Shown here in pieces: positions 38,506 to 55,000 of a DNA stretch of 64,000 bases. The DNA comes from Psilocybe cubensis. Lineage: Eukaryota. Positions within the stretch are counted from its first letter, which is position 1; each line of letters starts with the position of its first letter. Under the pieces are notes generated by a model. That model had not been told where the DNA came from and ran no database searches. It worked only from the letters and a program-made list of their open reading frames with translations. Made by a program: the position numbers and the translations under genes. Location of the stretch: positions 1,116,001 through 1,180,000 of the forward strand of contig CM039007.1 in NCBI GenBank assembly GCA_017499595.2, in the 5' to 3' direction.

Positions 38506-38948
38506 ATGCACCCCAGTCAGATTTTGTTGAAGTCCGGGCGTTCAGCCTGGAAAGGTGAGTACATCTGCTGCACCATAATAGTCAACACGCTTATACATGC
38601 AAACTTTTAGGACCTTATTTTGTTCCATTCCATGACCTGCGAGAAGCTCTGACGAACCACATTCCAATCAAGACGCAGGCGCGTAATTGCACCATTCTAC
38701 CTAACTTTGTTGGGTGAGTACTGGCCAATGGTCATATATATGCATTAATTGACGCGCTACATTCAAGTGTACGGTTTCTGGTTCATAATGGGAGAGACTA
38801 CGAACCAGTATTGATTACCCAGGACATGGTTGGTCACAAGCTTGGAGAGTTTTCCTTTACGAAGAAGAGATTTACATTTAGGTATGTCATTATGCCACTC
38901 CTCTTTGACATTCTCATAACTTGTTTCACCAGAGCAACCAAAAAGTAG
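38506..38948 (+). CDS. RSM19: Mitochondrial ribosomal protein S19 (uS19m), 4 exons, absent from the ORF track
   Basis: Spliced product [23 protein letters not shown]...[56 protein letters not shown], carrying the S19 signatures RSxWKGP and MVGHKLGEF. Confidence 0.95.
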
Positions 38949-40983
38949 CGCAAATGCATATTATACATCGTTAATCGGAACATCGCAGTTGAGATTCATT
39001 GGTCAAGGATAATGGTTTTCAAGGTTTCGTGCGCGATCCATTCTTATGTGCATGGCTTCTTGATGCTTGTTTTTTTGCCTCGCTTCCTGATGAGACAAGG
39101 GCAAATCCTCGGCGGTCAACATGTCTATGGCAATAAGAAGCTTCATCATATGTCCTCTCCAGTATACGATCGAAATGAAAACCAGAGGTGGATCCGAAGA
39201 AAATGCGTGCATTCCACCAATGTTTAAATCCACTGCAGCAGCCCCGAATACCACTTTCAGAGTTTTGCTCCCCCGGTTCATTTTCCAGCCATCCTTTGCT
39301 TGGATTTCTAGATTGATGTTTCTCTTCCCTCTTATGCCTGCCGCTGCTCAGTATATGCCCACCCTAGCTTATGGCCATCAGCTTGGCCAAAAGGCACACA
39401 AACAAGTCTCTGCTGCGGAACTATCGTTTATTCTCACAATTTCAATGGATTAGTGGAGAGCGCTCATGGTGAAGGGGGCGTTGCTATGTCAGCTATGGAC
39501 GCGCAGCAGACGGTGTGAGAGAACGTTCGCTTACCTCCCAGTTAAATGCAATAGTATCTGCAAATCGCCCACAGAACTTTGACCCTCACTTTGCTAGCTT
39601 TTGTTGCACGGTACTGTGTCGAATAACCTGAGAGGAGGTGATCGACGGTGCAATCTCCCGCATACTGATTGTTATTCGACCGCACACCATGGATGTCAAA
39701 GCATTGGCCAGCGTTGCAGAGCAGAAACGAATCTATCAGAGCTTGAAACAACCTGCGGTGACTCTGGGATCCATTTTTTATGCGGGCTCTATCACCGACC
39801 TCCTTGATCTTTTGTTCATATATCCTCTAGCGCCTACAAGAATCGCTGTGCACAATCTCGATATGTTACGCTGGAGGGGAAGTAGTCTGACTGGCGACTA
39901 ATATTCATTCATTTGACCTGTCTCATAACACGCATCATGTCCTGGTCATTACAACCCGCTTCTCCTCTCACCGCCTGTCTGTTTACACGTACGTGCAGCA
40001 ACTATCACAAATATCTGTCTATCAATTGTTACTATTACTCGGAAGTTGGGCTTTATATCTGATCGGATCTCATTTTTTCTATTGGGCATTTGCTATCAGA
40101 CCTTCCTCAAATATTTGGATAAATAACGCTTTTGGGAGATTTTGAGGGTTTTCATTTACACATTTTGTGACTTTAGCCGTCAACAATTCAGTGATGCTCT
40201 GTCGGCAGAATATGGTATGTATCAACCTTTAATTTGACACTCGGCAGTTTATTTATAACTTTCAGTAACCACGCTTGTTTTCCTCGGGTCGATGATTCCA
40301 TGCGAAACCCGTGACGGTCATTCCCGCTACCGGTTTCCCGAACATGGTCGTGGAAACCATACCTCGAGATGTGGCTATCCTCGACCAAATCCTCAGAATG
40401 TCTCCATCATCGCCTCCAGATGTCCCCAAACTTGGGTATACGGTCACCTCCCACCCCCATTAGCTGGCTTGCCGCCTTTCCATTCCATGGTCAAATTTTT
40501 TCCTGGGAAAACGGACTGGTGGTATGGGAAAGGTGTCTCTGCCGGTCCTCGACGTCCGTTCCGGGCAGTTCGAAAGTCATGTCAATGACGCGTTTCAAGT
40601 GGACTTGTTTACCAGGACAGCCAGCTACTCCTGAGACAGCGAGCGCGGCGGGTTGTGACTCTCAGAGGAGTATCGGCATGTGAGCGACTACTGCAACGGG
40701 CTGTCCATCTGCTGCCATCTAGTCCCGAAACCGTGGAAAGTACCTCAGGCTGTGGAAATGCAGATCACGGCCAACATTTCTGCATTACACACAGATTTTC
40801 AAGAGGTCTGGTAACTTTACAATTCCTTTGCATACCATCGCACGCTCACACCGGCCCAAATCTTTGGACCTACCTTCTGCAGTGGAGATATTTACGGAAC
40901 ATTTTACCATCTCGTCCATTCGCATTTGGAAAGCGACGCTCTCATGAAATCAAAATGACTTGTCCCTGGCTGGCACAATCCAG

Positions 40984-40990
40984 TATAAAA
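40984..40990 (+). promoter_or_regulatory. TATA box of the peroxidase gene
   Basis: TATAAAA about 95 nt upstream of the ATG at 41082. Confidence 0.7.
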
Positions 40991-41081
40991 GACATTTGCT
41001 TTGTGCCTTCAAATCTTCAGGATACTCAAGTACTCCCCTCTTCACTCAGACAGCTCAACAGCTTTTACAGTCGATTTCTCA

Positions 41082-42732
<1,651 letters not shown>

Positions 42733-45700
42733 ATATGAAGCCTCTAAGACGGCTTATTTATTAGCACTTAAATAGAATTTGTCTGAATTTTTCACTTCTT
42801 TTGTTGTATTTGCCAAAATATAGCTGTTGGTAACTCTTCAGCAAATAATACATATATATGGTTTTGGTACACATTGTGTGATATTCTCTTCTGAGGTTAT
42901 CTTCGACTATAAGTTCCAGCAAGTATCTGATCAGTAGATTCATACATCGCAATCAAATACAGCAACGCAAAGGTATCGCTGACTCGGCGGTGCCAAATTG
43001 TTTGGCAGTTGGTATAATGTTGTTCATAACATAAATTACACGGACATTCGTCGTTTGTTCTGCATGACTGTTGAACGGAACGGTTGGCTACAGACACATG
43101 GGTCAAATAGACTTAAGGTTTTCAATTTCCCATCCGTTCTCATCGCGTGCATCACAGAAGACATAGGTTAAATCATCTGTACATCCGAGCTTTGACATGC
43201 ATGTCCGCATGGATGTCATTCACATAGGTATATGTTTACAACCTTTATTAGACCTCCATTGCCGTATTCGACGGCGAGTTTCAGGGATTTCGATTGTAGA
43301 GCTATGCCTTGGTTTGTGTGTAGAAGATCAAATTCTTTCATGTTGATTGCGGCCCTATGATTCAGAAACGCCAGTGGATTACAACATTTGTTACAGTGAA
43401 AATGCTTTTTCGCTTCCCCGCATTTTGTAAGTGACTGTGCACGCCAAGATCTTTCCTGCCTCCTAGGAAACGCGCATCCAACTTATTATTCTGTTTTACT
43501 GGCAGTTAGAACCAGGACCGGGGTGGATGATGGAAGATCGTTGTTGTTATTTGTATCTGAAAGATGAATGGGTAGCATGTGCTGCAATCGGCATTGTTGT
43601 AATATGTAATAGTAACTTATCCTGAGAGACAGCCGGGAGGAAGCATTTCTGAGATCAGGGCGCGATTTATCATCGAGGCGGTTTGTGGGATCATCGGATA
43701 TTCTGGGATGATGCGCCAGTGCACAGGAATAGGCAGATACAATTGAATGGTTAATGGGATCTCATGGTTAATGCAGAGAATTTGCCAGGTGGATTGAAGC
43801 TAGTAGACGATGTGCAGTATGAACACCGCTGTATAAAGGCTGTTTGGACCCCTGCGCTGCGGTTGTGTTGCCAGGGAAGAGCTTCGAAATGGACAATGTC
43901 ACTTTGAATGAAGGAGCGATCAAGCGCATATACTGGGGTTTTCGGAAGATGATGTTGATGATGAAGTATTACTGATACATTAATATAGGCATAATTTGAG
44001 ATACATATTTGACACTACGAGATATCAAGGATGGTCCCAGTTTTAATGTACATCAGAGATGATGAGAGAGAAGTCATAATTCTGAGTGAGGAGATATGGA
44101 AGTACAATAATATGTATGCGTTTCTTCTTCTTGGAGATGTAATGGATCCTTTATAGACCTCGGACAGGTCGGATATCCACTACAGTTTACCCATGTAGGT
44201 AGAATCAATGGTCGCCGTTATAGTTCATGATGATATATGTCCCACCTTGACGAGCTGGATAATTCCCTGAAGCGGACGATAATATAACCCAAGAACCAAA
44301 AAAAATCTTAAAACACTCGTTACTGGGCGCTGCCTGGATCGTCAGTCAACCGTCATTATTTCATGATCATTTTGCTCGACGTTGTGATTTATGAGGACTC
44401 CAGTTCGGTTGTCGAAGAGTGAACTACCTCAGCACTTCGCTTCGACGATATATCCTACGCTGAGTAGATAGATAGTCTTGAATTTTCGAGGCCAGGGGCC
44501 AGAGTGCCTACGTATTATATTCATGACTGTGGTTTACCGAGTACACTGGCTTTAGCGACTCAGCGCAGGATCGATTAGGGTCCTCAACCGACTGCCCGCC
44601 CACACGTTTTTCGACTCTTACCCTGGAACTCCATTTGAACCATTGCTTACCCGAGCCTATATGCAAAGCTAGATCTCAACGCCTTTTTCGAATTTATATT
44701 TAAAAGGGTGGAGTGTTGCGAGTCTCGACACGGTCTCCCACATGTAGCCTTCCCATCATCATTGTTTTCACATCAGTGAAATGGAACGGCGCTTGACCAG
44801 CTCTGTCCGACGTAATCAGCCAGCGGCGCTTTGATGACGACGATTCGACTGCCGACGGCTTCTTCGAGTCGGTGGCTTTTAATTATAGGCGCCTACGACG
44901 ACGAATGAGGATTCTTGTACACCTTTGCGCTCTTACTTATGGGTCGCTTACATATCCAACTTTTTTTGAAAAATCATATAGCTTGCGGTGATACTGGAGA
45001 ATAAATAGGACTTGTCAGCCATGACGAAATCGAAGAGGAACGCAGCATACAGAGATCGCAGTCGGTTTGGCATAGATCCGCAATCCTATGAGGCAACGCC
45101 AGCACTCGTAGAACCCACGCCACAGGAGGCGGGATAGCTACAAGGTCATTGAAAAAGCCATTCTGCTGGTCCTGCGTTGAAGAAATTGATTTTCCAGCTG
45201 GGTGACGGTCAAGTAATGGATGAAGTATTGTATCGGTAACTATCGTAATCATTGTACTCTCTGACAGGCGGTTACAGACGAGATTTTCCGTGCTCATATA
45301 TGCGAACGGAGAAGGTGAAGATGTTTTGCTCGAAATTGAAGAAAGGGCACGGTGAACGGCCTCCGGTCACCAATTTAGAGGGCGCATTTGGGGTGTATTG
45401 AGAGGCAAAGAACAGAAAACAAGAACGATTACAGCGGTATGTGTTTCAACTTATTTTTGGCCATCCCACATGTTAAGCGCCCCGCATTCCCGTATACCCC
45501 TGTACGTATGCCCGTTAATTATTTGATTCCGGTGAGAGAGTGTTTGCTAGACGTACCGCAAAGGGAGTGGACGGTGCCGAACTCGGCAAGAACAACAGCA
45601 GGGTTTTGTACGTTTTACTTTCCCTTCGAAAGCTTCAAGAAGAACTCTGCTAGCTAGAAACGAAGACCTGCTGGTCAGTGCAAAGGTGGACCTAAATGGC

Positions 45701-46074
45701 GGTGTGTAGTGGTGCACTGTGGTTGGTTTGTGGTTTCCTTAGTGACAGGGGGATGGCCGGATAGATCCGGGGCAGTGGCAATGCTGTATGCAAACAAGGC
45801 CCATCCGAAGTCTGCTCTCCTCGCTGGTCTCAGACACCCAGCTTGTACATTCACAAAGTCCCTCGTCGCCATCGCCCACAACGACGACGCAGGTTCTCCG
45901 TGCTACACACCGCTCATCATAACGACTTTTGGCTTAGAGGCACATATACCCCTTTCACCCTCTCCTTATCCAGCCAACGATCGTTCGGTCTTTTCCCCCG
46001 ATACCGACCTTGCATTGATCATCGACGCTCCATCCTCATATCACGACAAGCTCAGATATCGTTTTGCGTGACAT

Positions 46075-49000
46075 ATGGCGTATCAGGTTACACAGGCCTC
46101 TCTCACCCCATCACGACCGCCGCCGCAAGCCCCTCAACGACGCGGTACGGACAACTCGCAGGGTTACAGCAGCAACGCTTCTCTTGCTAACTCTGGTTAC
46201 AACTCGTCGTTCACTTTCACGCCTTCGTCTCCGTCGAGTTCATCCTACAATTCGCCCTATTCAGGGATCGGAGGTTCTCCAAACCGTGGCCCTGACGATG
46301 CGTCTGGTTCGCAGGTGGTTAGAAGTGGCGCTGTCAGCATGAAGGAGGACGCCTTTGGCAACTGGATATTCCAGAGGAAGTGGCTGGTGCTCAGAGACCA
46401 GACACTCTCATTCCACAAAAGCGAGGTGAGTTGTTGATGTTGCCCAGTTTTCTTTCATTGTTTCGTCGGTATTGATGGCACTGCTAATCTGTAGTCATCA
46501 CCTCAACAAATCGTCATATGGCTCCGTGACATTACAAATGTTGAGCGCATAGATATGAAGCCTTATTGTTTAGCTCTGGAGGCCAAAGATCGAAGATACT
46601 TTATTGCTTTGAAGAGCGACGAAGAGCTCTATGGGTGGTTGGACGACGTCTACTCGAGAAGTCCGCTCATGGGCGTTAGCAACCCCACCAACTTCGTCCA
46701 TAAAGTTCACGTTGGGTTCGACCCTCTCTCGGGTGCTTTCACAGTGCGTATTCCGGCCACATCGCAATGTTGCCAATACTAAACATTCGTACTGCAGGGT
46801 ATGCCTGAGCAGTGGACGAAATTATTGACGAAGTCAGCAATTACGAGGGAGGATTACGCAAAGGATCCTCAAGCCGTGCTGGATGTCTTGGAGTTTTACA
46901 CGGATCATCAGAAAAGGGAACTCGAGGATATGTCGCTCGGTGAGTCCTTCTCTTTTTGGTCTAAGCCGAGCAGGCATTCTTAAATCCCTATCAGGTGCTC
47001 CTGCTCGCTTCAACGCCGGGACAGGCTTCGGCGGTGCGAGTAAATTGAACGACAACGGTCGGCCAGGCATCAAACGACAGGAATCGTCACCACCAGGCCT
47101 AGGGGGTGACACTGACAATCTTCCCAGTGCGGCCGCACGAGCTGCGGAGCTTGTGAATGGCTCTCATGTCGCCAGCGCGATATCCACCGTTCAGGGACCA
47201 CGAGGCCCTCTCCCAAACCCACAGCCTCCTCAAGCGTCGCGCCCAGCGCCTCCTCGACCCCTTATGACAGGGACTCGGCCTGCACCCCCCACGCCCGGCC
47301 AATCAGGCAAAGTTGATTTGACGCCTAATGCTGCCGATCTGCGCGCTCGAGCGAAAGCGCAAGGACCGCCACCCAACGCTATACCAGCCAGGAATGACTC
47401 ATTGCCCGCATTACCTGACCAGACGATCAAGCAGCAGCAGGAGCGTCAGGAACAGCTGTGGCAGCAGGAACAACAGCAGCGGCAGCAGGAATCACGGGTG
47501 GAGCAATGGCAGAAACAACAGCAGCAACAACAGGAGGAAGACAGGTATCAGCAGCAGCAACAGCAACAGAAGAATCTGGATTTGCCACGTCCTCAGATCG
47601 CTCCATCGAAATCTTCTCCTGCAACGACTTCCCCTGCATCCCAACCCGCGCCGGGCCCTGCTGGCTCTACCACCGGTCCACCGCCTGTCCTCCCCTTGCA
47701 GCCGTCAAAAAAAATACAAATCCAGGCTCAAGAGAAGCCGACCAAGTTGGCGGCGAATGGTGGGGTTGCCGCTGCCGCTGCGGCCTTGGAGAAGCCTAAG
47801 GAGAAGGAGAAGAGGATCAGCACGATGACGGAGGTGCAGATCATGGAGAAGCTCCGCCAGGTTGTCAGCGACGACGATCCGAAGTTGCTGTACAGCAAGA
47901 TTAAAAAAGTTGGTCAAGGGTAAGTTTTCTTGTTCTGTCTTTTATGGCCGCCCATTCCGCTCTGTCTTCTGTTCCCACTCCCCTTTCCCGTGGTGAGCGG
48001 TGCCGGAATGACAATCTTCGGGCGGCAGTCTTTCTGACTTGTGAATGATGCTGATGAAAATTTCCTTTCTTTTACCTATACTTTCGTAATACCCTCTCGT
48101 TATTCGGTCATCAGAGCATCTGGACACGTGTACGTTGCCAAAACCCTCTCCACAGGCAAAAAGGTCGCCATCAAGGAAATGGATTTGTCTCACCAACCGC
48201 GCAAGGAGCTCATCGTCAACGAAATTTTGGTGATGAAGGAATCCCAGCACCCAAATATTGTCAACTTCTTGGAGTCATATCTCGTTAAGAATAATGAGCT
48301 TTGGGTGGTCATGGAATACATGGAAGGTGGTGCTTTAACGGATATCATCGAGAATAACCAGTTGGAGGAGGATCAAATTTCGAGCATTTGTCTCGAGGTA
48401 GGATTGTGCTTTTTTATAAGATATGTGATGCTGATGCAGCGTTCGCGTTAATTTTAGACTTGCAAAGGACTTGGACATCTTCACAGTCAAAGTATCATCC
48501 ATCGTGATATCAAATCCGATAATGTTCTGCTCGACGCTCAAGGCCGAGTTAAAATCAGTACGTTGTGCCCTATTTTCATACACCACCACCAACTGAACAT
48601 TCCCTTTTCTGCGTTTCTCTAGCTGATTTCGGGTTCTGCGCTAAATTGACCGACCAAAAGTCAAAGCGCGCGACAATGGTTGGTACACCATACTGGATGG
48701 CACCTGAAGTCGTCAAGCAAAAGGAGTATGGTGCCAAGGTCGACATTTGGTCCCTCGGCATCATGGCTATCGAGATGATTGAAAATGAGCCTCCTTACCT
48801 AGACGAGGAACCGTTGAAGGCGTTGTATTTGATTGCGACGAACGGGACTCCAACTCTCAAGAAGCCCGAGGCTCTCAGTCGAGAATTAAAGGGATTTTTG
48901 GCGGTTTGTCTGTGTGTGGATGTCGGTAGTCGGGCGACTGCTAATGAATTGCTTGAGGTAAATATTATTATTTTAGTAAACCATCTTGAAATTGGAGGCT

Positions 49001-49096
49001 TACAAAATTTTACAGCATGAGTTCTTGAAGAAGGCTTGTGCGCTATCAGGCCTTGCTCCTTTACTACGATTCAAGACCGGGAAGCAGGGTTCATGA
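46075..49096 (+). CDS. CLA4: PAK-family Ser/Thr kinase Cla4 (PH + CRIB + kinase)
   Basis: PH domain ([18 protein letters not shown]), CRIB ([16 protein letters not shown]), Pro/Gln-rich linker, and kinase motifs [21 protein letters not shown] and GTPYWMAPE. Confidence 0.95.
47431..47570 (+). repeat. CAG/CAA-rich polyglutamine-coding tract within CLA4
   Basis: Encodes [46 protein letters not shown]. Confidence 0.85.
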
Positions 49097-50939
49097 ACAT
49101 GATCGCACCTCCCTTTACCTTTCAACTCACTCGGCCCACTATTGTCCTTCTATTCTTACTACTTACCAGCTTCCATCCCCGCGCGGTCCCTCGTTGCCTT
49201 CAGTTGTCCACGTCCTCGTGGTTTCCGCGGATATCTGCTTTATCACAGGTTCTATGATCAGTTCAGCTCATTACATGCGTCTGTTAGAAGAAATAATCCA
49301 CACCGGGCGTTTCTATATATGCGTTGTGGTGGCACTGTCGCGGCGGCTCTCAAAACATTGTATTTTCCTAACCTTTTCCTCTTTTTGTTCACCATCACTT
49401 CGTCACATCGCCCTCATAAACAATTTTATCCTTCTGGTTGCTGCTTGATCCATCCATATCCATTTTTTCTCTGTGATTCAGTTCTTTTGTAGCCGTCTCT
49501 CGCCTTTTTTTGTGTGACTTGAATATTTTTCCCCCCTCAGTACTTCGGTGTTCAGCAAACAACTTTCGCTTCTCTTCCCGTTCTCTTCCCGCCACACCCA
49601 CCTCCCTGTTCTCTCCTTTCTTCCTTTCTATCTCTCCTGGTGTCCTTGGGACCTGTTCGGATATCCTTCTTCAAAACCTATTTCCCCCTTCCTCGTACTT
49701 TTTTTTTGTCTCTTTAACTCTCTATATATCCTTTTGTCCTAGCCCTTTTCCTTCCTCTTTTTTTCAAACTGCAATGTCAATGTAATTTTTTTCTCTCTCA
49801 ATTCTGGTTCTGGTCCTCGGCTCCGTTGCCCTGCGTTTGTGTTGCTTGGTTGGTGCTCTGAATCCTCATTTTTCTTCCCATTCTTTCGGGTGTTGGTGCT
49901 CAAACTCTCAATGTGCTGGAGGCTGTGGAAGATACGTTCCCCCTTGTGAGCGGGCAAGGCTCAAGACCACGTTGTTCAATTTGGGATCCTGGAATCCCCC
50001 AATTTCTGCTGGACGCCTCATGTTGAAGTTGAAGGCTGGCCACAAATCTGTAACGTCTGTTTCGCAGTATCCTTTTCTGGGCCGACTTTACTGATCTGTA
50101 TGATGCCAGATGCTGTTGTTGAAAACGGTTCTTGCAAGCAATCCTGACCACTGCCACTGAGCGAAATGATGTCTGGTGATATAGTTCACTGGTTTGAGTA
50201 TTCCTTGGGATCTGGAAGCTCACTCTTTACCACTGAAAACTGATGTTATGAGTCTCATCTCTGGGATATCTGGACCGCCTCTAGGGGAAGTTGTTCTAGC
50301 GGGAGATGCTACATGGTAGTTCACTGGCGACTGCTGCGAATCTCACATTTGGAAAGGCTACTGTATCTCTTGAACAGGCTCTGATGATCTTGCTGTTGAA
50401 CAGCTTGAGGCATGTTATGCACCCTTACTTTACTCAAGTGGCTCTCGACAGTAACCTTTGGTTATTCTACACACTCATCTATCCCAAGTGTGCACCCAAA
50501 AAGAAGTTCGGGTGTCGTATTGCCACCATGAATGAGTCGATAACCGTCATAGCGGGATCAATGGCGGGGGCGGCAGAGGAGACAAGCAGGCTACATATAT
50601 CCTGTCCGCCATCGTTGAGTCGGAAGCGGAGGGAGGCGGCACACAAGACTTATTGGCGAGTAAAGAGAGGCGGAAAGGGCAGCAGGCAGCGACGGACAAT
50701 TACAAGGTTTGGATGGGCAGTGGCATTACGAGCAGCCTTGTGCTGTTCGTTGATTGGTCACTGGGTTGGATTCGCCACAGAAACCCACTACTAAGCACTC
50801 TCACATTCACCCGTTGTTGATCACCGCGACGTTCTAAGCAAACCCTTGCTTTCTCTACTTGGACGAACTTTGTTTACGGGTGCATTTCTTGTGACCTAAC
50901 GTTAACCCATAAGTATACAACTTGGGTGCATTAAAAATT

Positions 50940-51178
50940 TTAGAACAGGAAAATCAGTGGCCGGAGTTCTATAGACAGACTATCGATGGTTTGATCAATG
51001 GTTTTCTTACCTAGGAACTAGGAGTGTTGAAGTTTGGAGTTCTAGCTGCACACCTTTCGTGGATTAGAGATTTGAGAACAGGAAAACTGTAATCCCCGGA
51101 AGCTTATGGACAGACTATTTATGATTTTATAAATGTTTTCCCACTTGTGCCACTAGGAAAGTTGAAGTATGGAATGCT
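50940..51178. repeat. Degenerate tandem duplication with a period of about 130 bp
   Basis: AGAACAGGAAAA...GACAGACTAT...ACTAGGA..GTTGAAGT.TGGA occurs at about 50942-51040 and again at about 51075-51175. Confidence 0.7.
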
Positions 51179-51383
51179 GGACTTAAACTTGCGGGCTCAT
51201 TAGGACGGTATGACCAAGTCCAGAAGTTTCTAAATATTTGTTAGCTTATACGAGAAATTTAGGTCGTCTCAGAGGCCAATTCAAGTTATAAAAGACACAT
51301 TTGATCCATTCATCTAATATCCAGTATCTCCAAGTTTGATTTACTGCCCTTAAAGAAGGAACAACACATACAACACATCAAGC

Positions 51384-52069
51384 ATGTTATTAAACATCGT
51401 CAAGTTGACAGGAGCACTCTCGTTCATATTGTGCTTCTCCTGGGTGAGCGCCGAATCTGGCCCTGGAACGTTAATAGTGCGTTATTCTGTTATGCGCGAT
51501 ATATAAATTGCCATTCATTTGTTTTAAGCCTTCTAGCAATGTAGAATGTGCAGACCCCAAGCTCACTACCCGATACGTTACCCTATTTGACGCCAGTCGG
51601 ACTACCCACCTGGTTGGTCGACACTGGCAAGTATTAAACAGCGATAACAGTGGAGAATGGGCCTTCCAAGGAGACACTTTTTGCGCTTGGGCATCCCCGC
51701 AGAACTCTACGAACGCAATGTATCTTTTTTTCAACCGGCCCACCACGGACTACCAGTTTCTCCTCTCCTCGAATGGCTCTGTCCCCGTTTCGAGTGGACT
51801 TGAGAATGAAGGTATCACGTCATACGTGTACGCAAACGAAAGGCCAGAGTGCGGAACTGTCCCATTGTACGCGCTTTCTGCACCAAGTGTTGGCGACCAT
51901 GTGTACACTATTTTTGAGGACGAGAAAGATTTGCTGCTCGCGGGGGGACCTGGGTGGGTTGATGAAGGCATCATTGCTCATGTACTCCCTTTGAAACGTA
52001 TGTCGTTCGCATCTAATCAACATATATACTCACCAAGCTCACTGTTAAGACTGCGCATTCACGTATTGA
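51384..52069 (+). CDS. Secreted protein, DUF5648-like repeat family, 3 exons
   Basis: TATAAAA near 51287. Signal peptide MLLNIVKLTGALSFILCFSWVSA. Motifs EGITSYVY...CGTVPLYAL...DHVYT...GWVDEGIIAHVLP. Confidence 0.75.
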
Positions 52070-55000
52070 TAATGTCTGGTATTGTGGTCGAAACAAGAAG
52101 GGATTACTGTCTATACTGCACTCGATAGCGTTGATGTGAACAATATAGACCACAGACTTCATTCTAAGACTAATCTGCTACCCTGACAAGGAACCGGTGG
52201 TGACCAGGTGACAGATCGATGTGGAACATACCCCGGAGAGGTGCATGTTAACCAGTGAGAGTATATTTGGAGTGGTAATGAACTACGAAAGCAATGTCGA
52301 TGAATATGTATGTAGTACATGTAGTTTAAATCGTTGATATCTGTGCTTCAAATTTACAAATGAATTTCGATGTCGATAGCGTGGCAGGTCGTGACATTGC
52401 GAGCATGGATTGAATCAGGAACGCTTTACTTTTCCTTCTTCTCCGCCAACCAGTCTTTGAAAAATTCATCAAAGTCCGGAGGGCCATCTTCATCTTCCAC
52501 CTCCTCAAACTTTTGGTTCACAGGGAAATCGGGTTCGTCGAGAGATATTTCCTTCATCGACGCATCAGCGTCATCTTGCGCGGTGGTCTCTTGTGCACCC
52601 TCATTCAATAGGATGTCCGAGTTGTTTGTGTCTTGCAGAGTGGTTTCGTCTACGCCTGTGGTGTCGGACGGGCAGATAGCTGTATGTGGTACATAGTGAT
52701 CGTGGGTGGCATGCCATGCAATCCACCTGTTGAAAAATGAAAGCTGGAGTTGTAGCGGAAAGGAAGTCACGTAAGCCAAAATATCTGGGCAAAATCCACT
52801 TGCACTTGATCCCTCACCCTGAACAGGTCCCCATTCCTAAGATACATCCGAATTGTTGTGCTTTTGAAAGCCATAAACGCCATTTGATTGGGGCTTTCTG
52901 TGCCGTCATCTGACTGAAGAAATAAGCGGTCAGGCATAGTCGTCGCGGCGTAAGACGTCAAGATCTTACAGGACTATTGAGGGCATAATGCTGTTCAGAC
53001 TTGGAGAAATCTTTGGACTCTTTGCTATCCATTTTTGTGGGCTTGTAATCGTTACATCAGGCTTCAGGTCGTATAAATTGAATCTTACAGTACCTCTAAC
53101 GTGGATGCGAGTTATAGATCAGGGATGTGTATTATCAGACTCTTCTGGAACGCTGGTACTGGTAATGAAAGTAAAAGAACCTGAGGGTTTGAAGGTCAAC
53201 AAACTTTCGGTAGTTATAGTCGTATTTTGATTGGCTGCCCGGAATATTCGGCGGGTTTCTTGAGATTCAAATTGGGGATTCAAGTCCTACAAAACAAAGA
53301 ATCTTCGGTAACAAAGGGCACCGGGGCTGTGACAGCAAGGTCGTGTAGGGCAGGTCAGTTTAATATATTTACACATACAACCCATCGTCTCGTCACTGTT
53401 TACAGAATATGGATGACCTGTTGGCCGAGCCAAACTTCAACTTGAAGTATTATGTGCTGGTGCATGTATAGTGATTCGTCCCCTAATGTGTTCAATACTA
53501 TCTAACCTGAATATCAGCGATGTTAGTGACCTAATAAAAATCCAGAATATAGACATCAAGGACGCATCGACATGTTCCTCCGTGACATTCGGCTATGTTG
53601 TGACCTCCATAATGATGCAAGTTAATTTCCGCGGAAGGCCGGTTGTTCAACTAGAATCGGCCTTTGATTATTGATAATATAACATCTTCGAATGTAGCAC
53701 TCAGAGCTTGGCTTGTTCAACTCAAAAGGATCTACTGAGAGGGAAAGCCATGCAAATATATCCCCAGGCACTCAAGGGTATAGGAATGGGAAAAGCCGAA
53801 TTTTGATGCAAGAAGCTTGCCGGTCCATGCCGGATTTGCAAATTGTCACACATGATGGCTGGTGACTCGGGACTTCTGTGGAACGACGGTTTAGGGCGTG
53901 AATGGTTCCTTTGTCGGTCGCAAGCTGTTGCCACTTCATTTCCAGATCACTATTCCTCCACACCACTATCTCGGACTTTGTTTGGCACTTGGAAAACTAC
54001 GTCTATCTTATTAGCATTAACTTCCAGTTATCAAATTTTTCAAATTGGCATTTGCAGAGCGCAATGATTCAGTGTGGATGTCGATCAACCCAAAGTGTTA
54101 CATCTTGTCAGAATAAATGGATTGCAGGATAGATCTTCTAAGCATCCCACTCAAGCATTGGAAATCCAGGAAAGAACCAGCCATTAACCCCGATTTTCAC
54201 AAACCGGACCAGATGTTAGACTTCAAATCAAATATCGGATCCCATGGCTGCTTTAGAGCGTACTCAGAGCATGGTGGGCTCTAAGAGTCCCTGGCCCAGC
54301 TAATACAAATTGTCGGCCTATGAGACCAATAAACATTACTCTAAAGATAAATTATGTTCTTTATTTCAAAGAGTCGCTACCAGGTATACCCTTACGTATA
54401 AATCTAGTCACTTTTGGAGCAATACATGCTTTCGTCATACAACTATCTAGAACAAAGATTGAAGCTCAAATGACCTGTCAACGGCATCCGGTGTTGGGAA
54501 GAATAAATCGCAGTCTTCCTCTGACTGGATCATCTTCCAGTCGCTGTGCACCTCTTCAGCCCCTCCTACATGAATCTGCAGGCAGAATTAGTCAAGTCAC
54601 TGTGTGTGTAAATGAGATGAACTGACCGCTGATACGCTGGCGTGCGAGGCTTGAGATAATTTCTCGGAATTTTTTCCCGTAGGAGCAGAGGAATTTGCAG
54701 GCGAACCAGTGGCTGTTCTTGCAATTTCTCCGGCCTTCGATGCACCTCGAGAGTGCCGCTTAGGCTTGGTCGACGTCGAGCTCTTCTTCATTACTGTTCG
54801 AATAAGCTGGTATGATGGATTGAAAAATAAGGAATCAGAATTGTGGGTTGAAATATGGTACATCGCATCCTTGCACTTACATCACAATGTGCGCATGATT
54901 TATGAAGTTGGGACTGATGCTCAGTACACCGTAAAAGTCCCCTTCGCCACAGGCTGCTGGCTAAGCTGCCATTTTCCTTGAAAGAGGACATAACGAGAAG

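Noticed and set aside
43450-44160. Possible minus-strand gene after a TATAAA box (MTSLSSSLMYIKTGTILDIS..., faintly ricin-B-like)
   Set aside because: Early stop codons and no consistent spliced model; at best a decayed relic.
52326-54863. Scattered minus-strand ORF pieces (acidic C-terminal segment, Ser/Lys-rich segment)
   Set aside because: Interrupted by stops with no recognisable domain. It may be a degenerate gene or transposon but cannot be supported.
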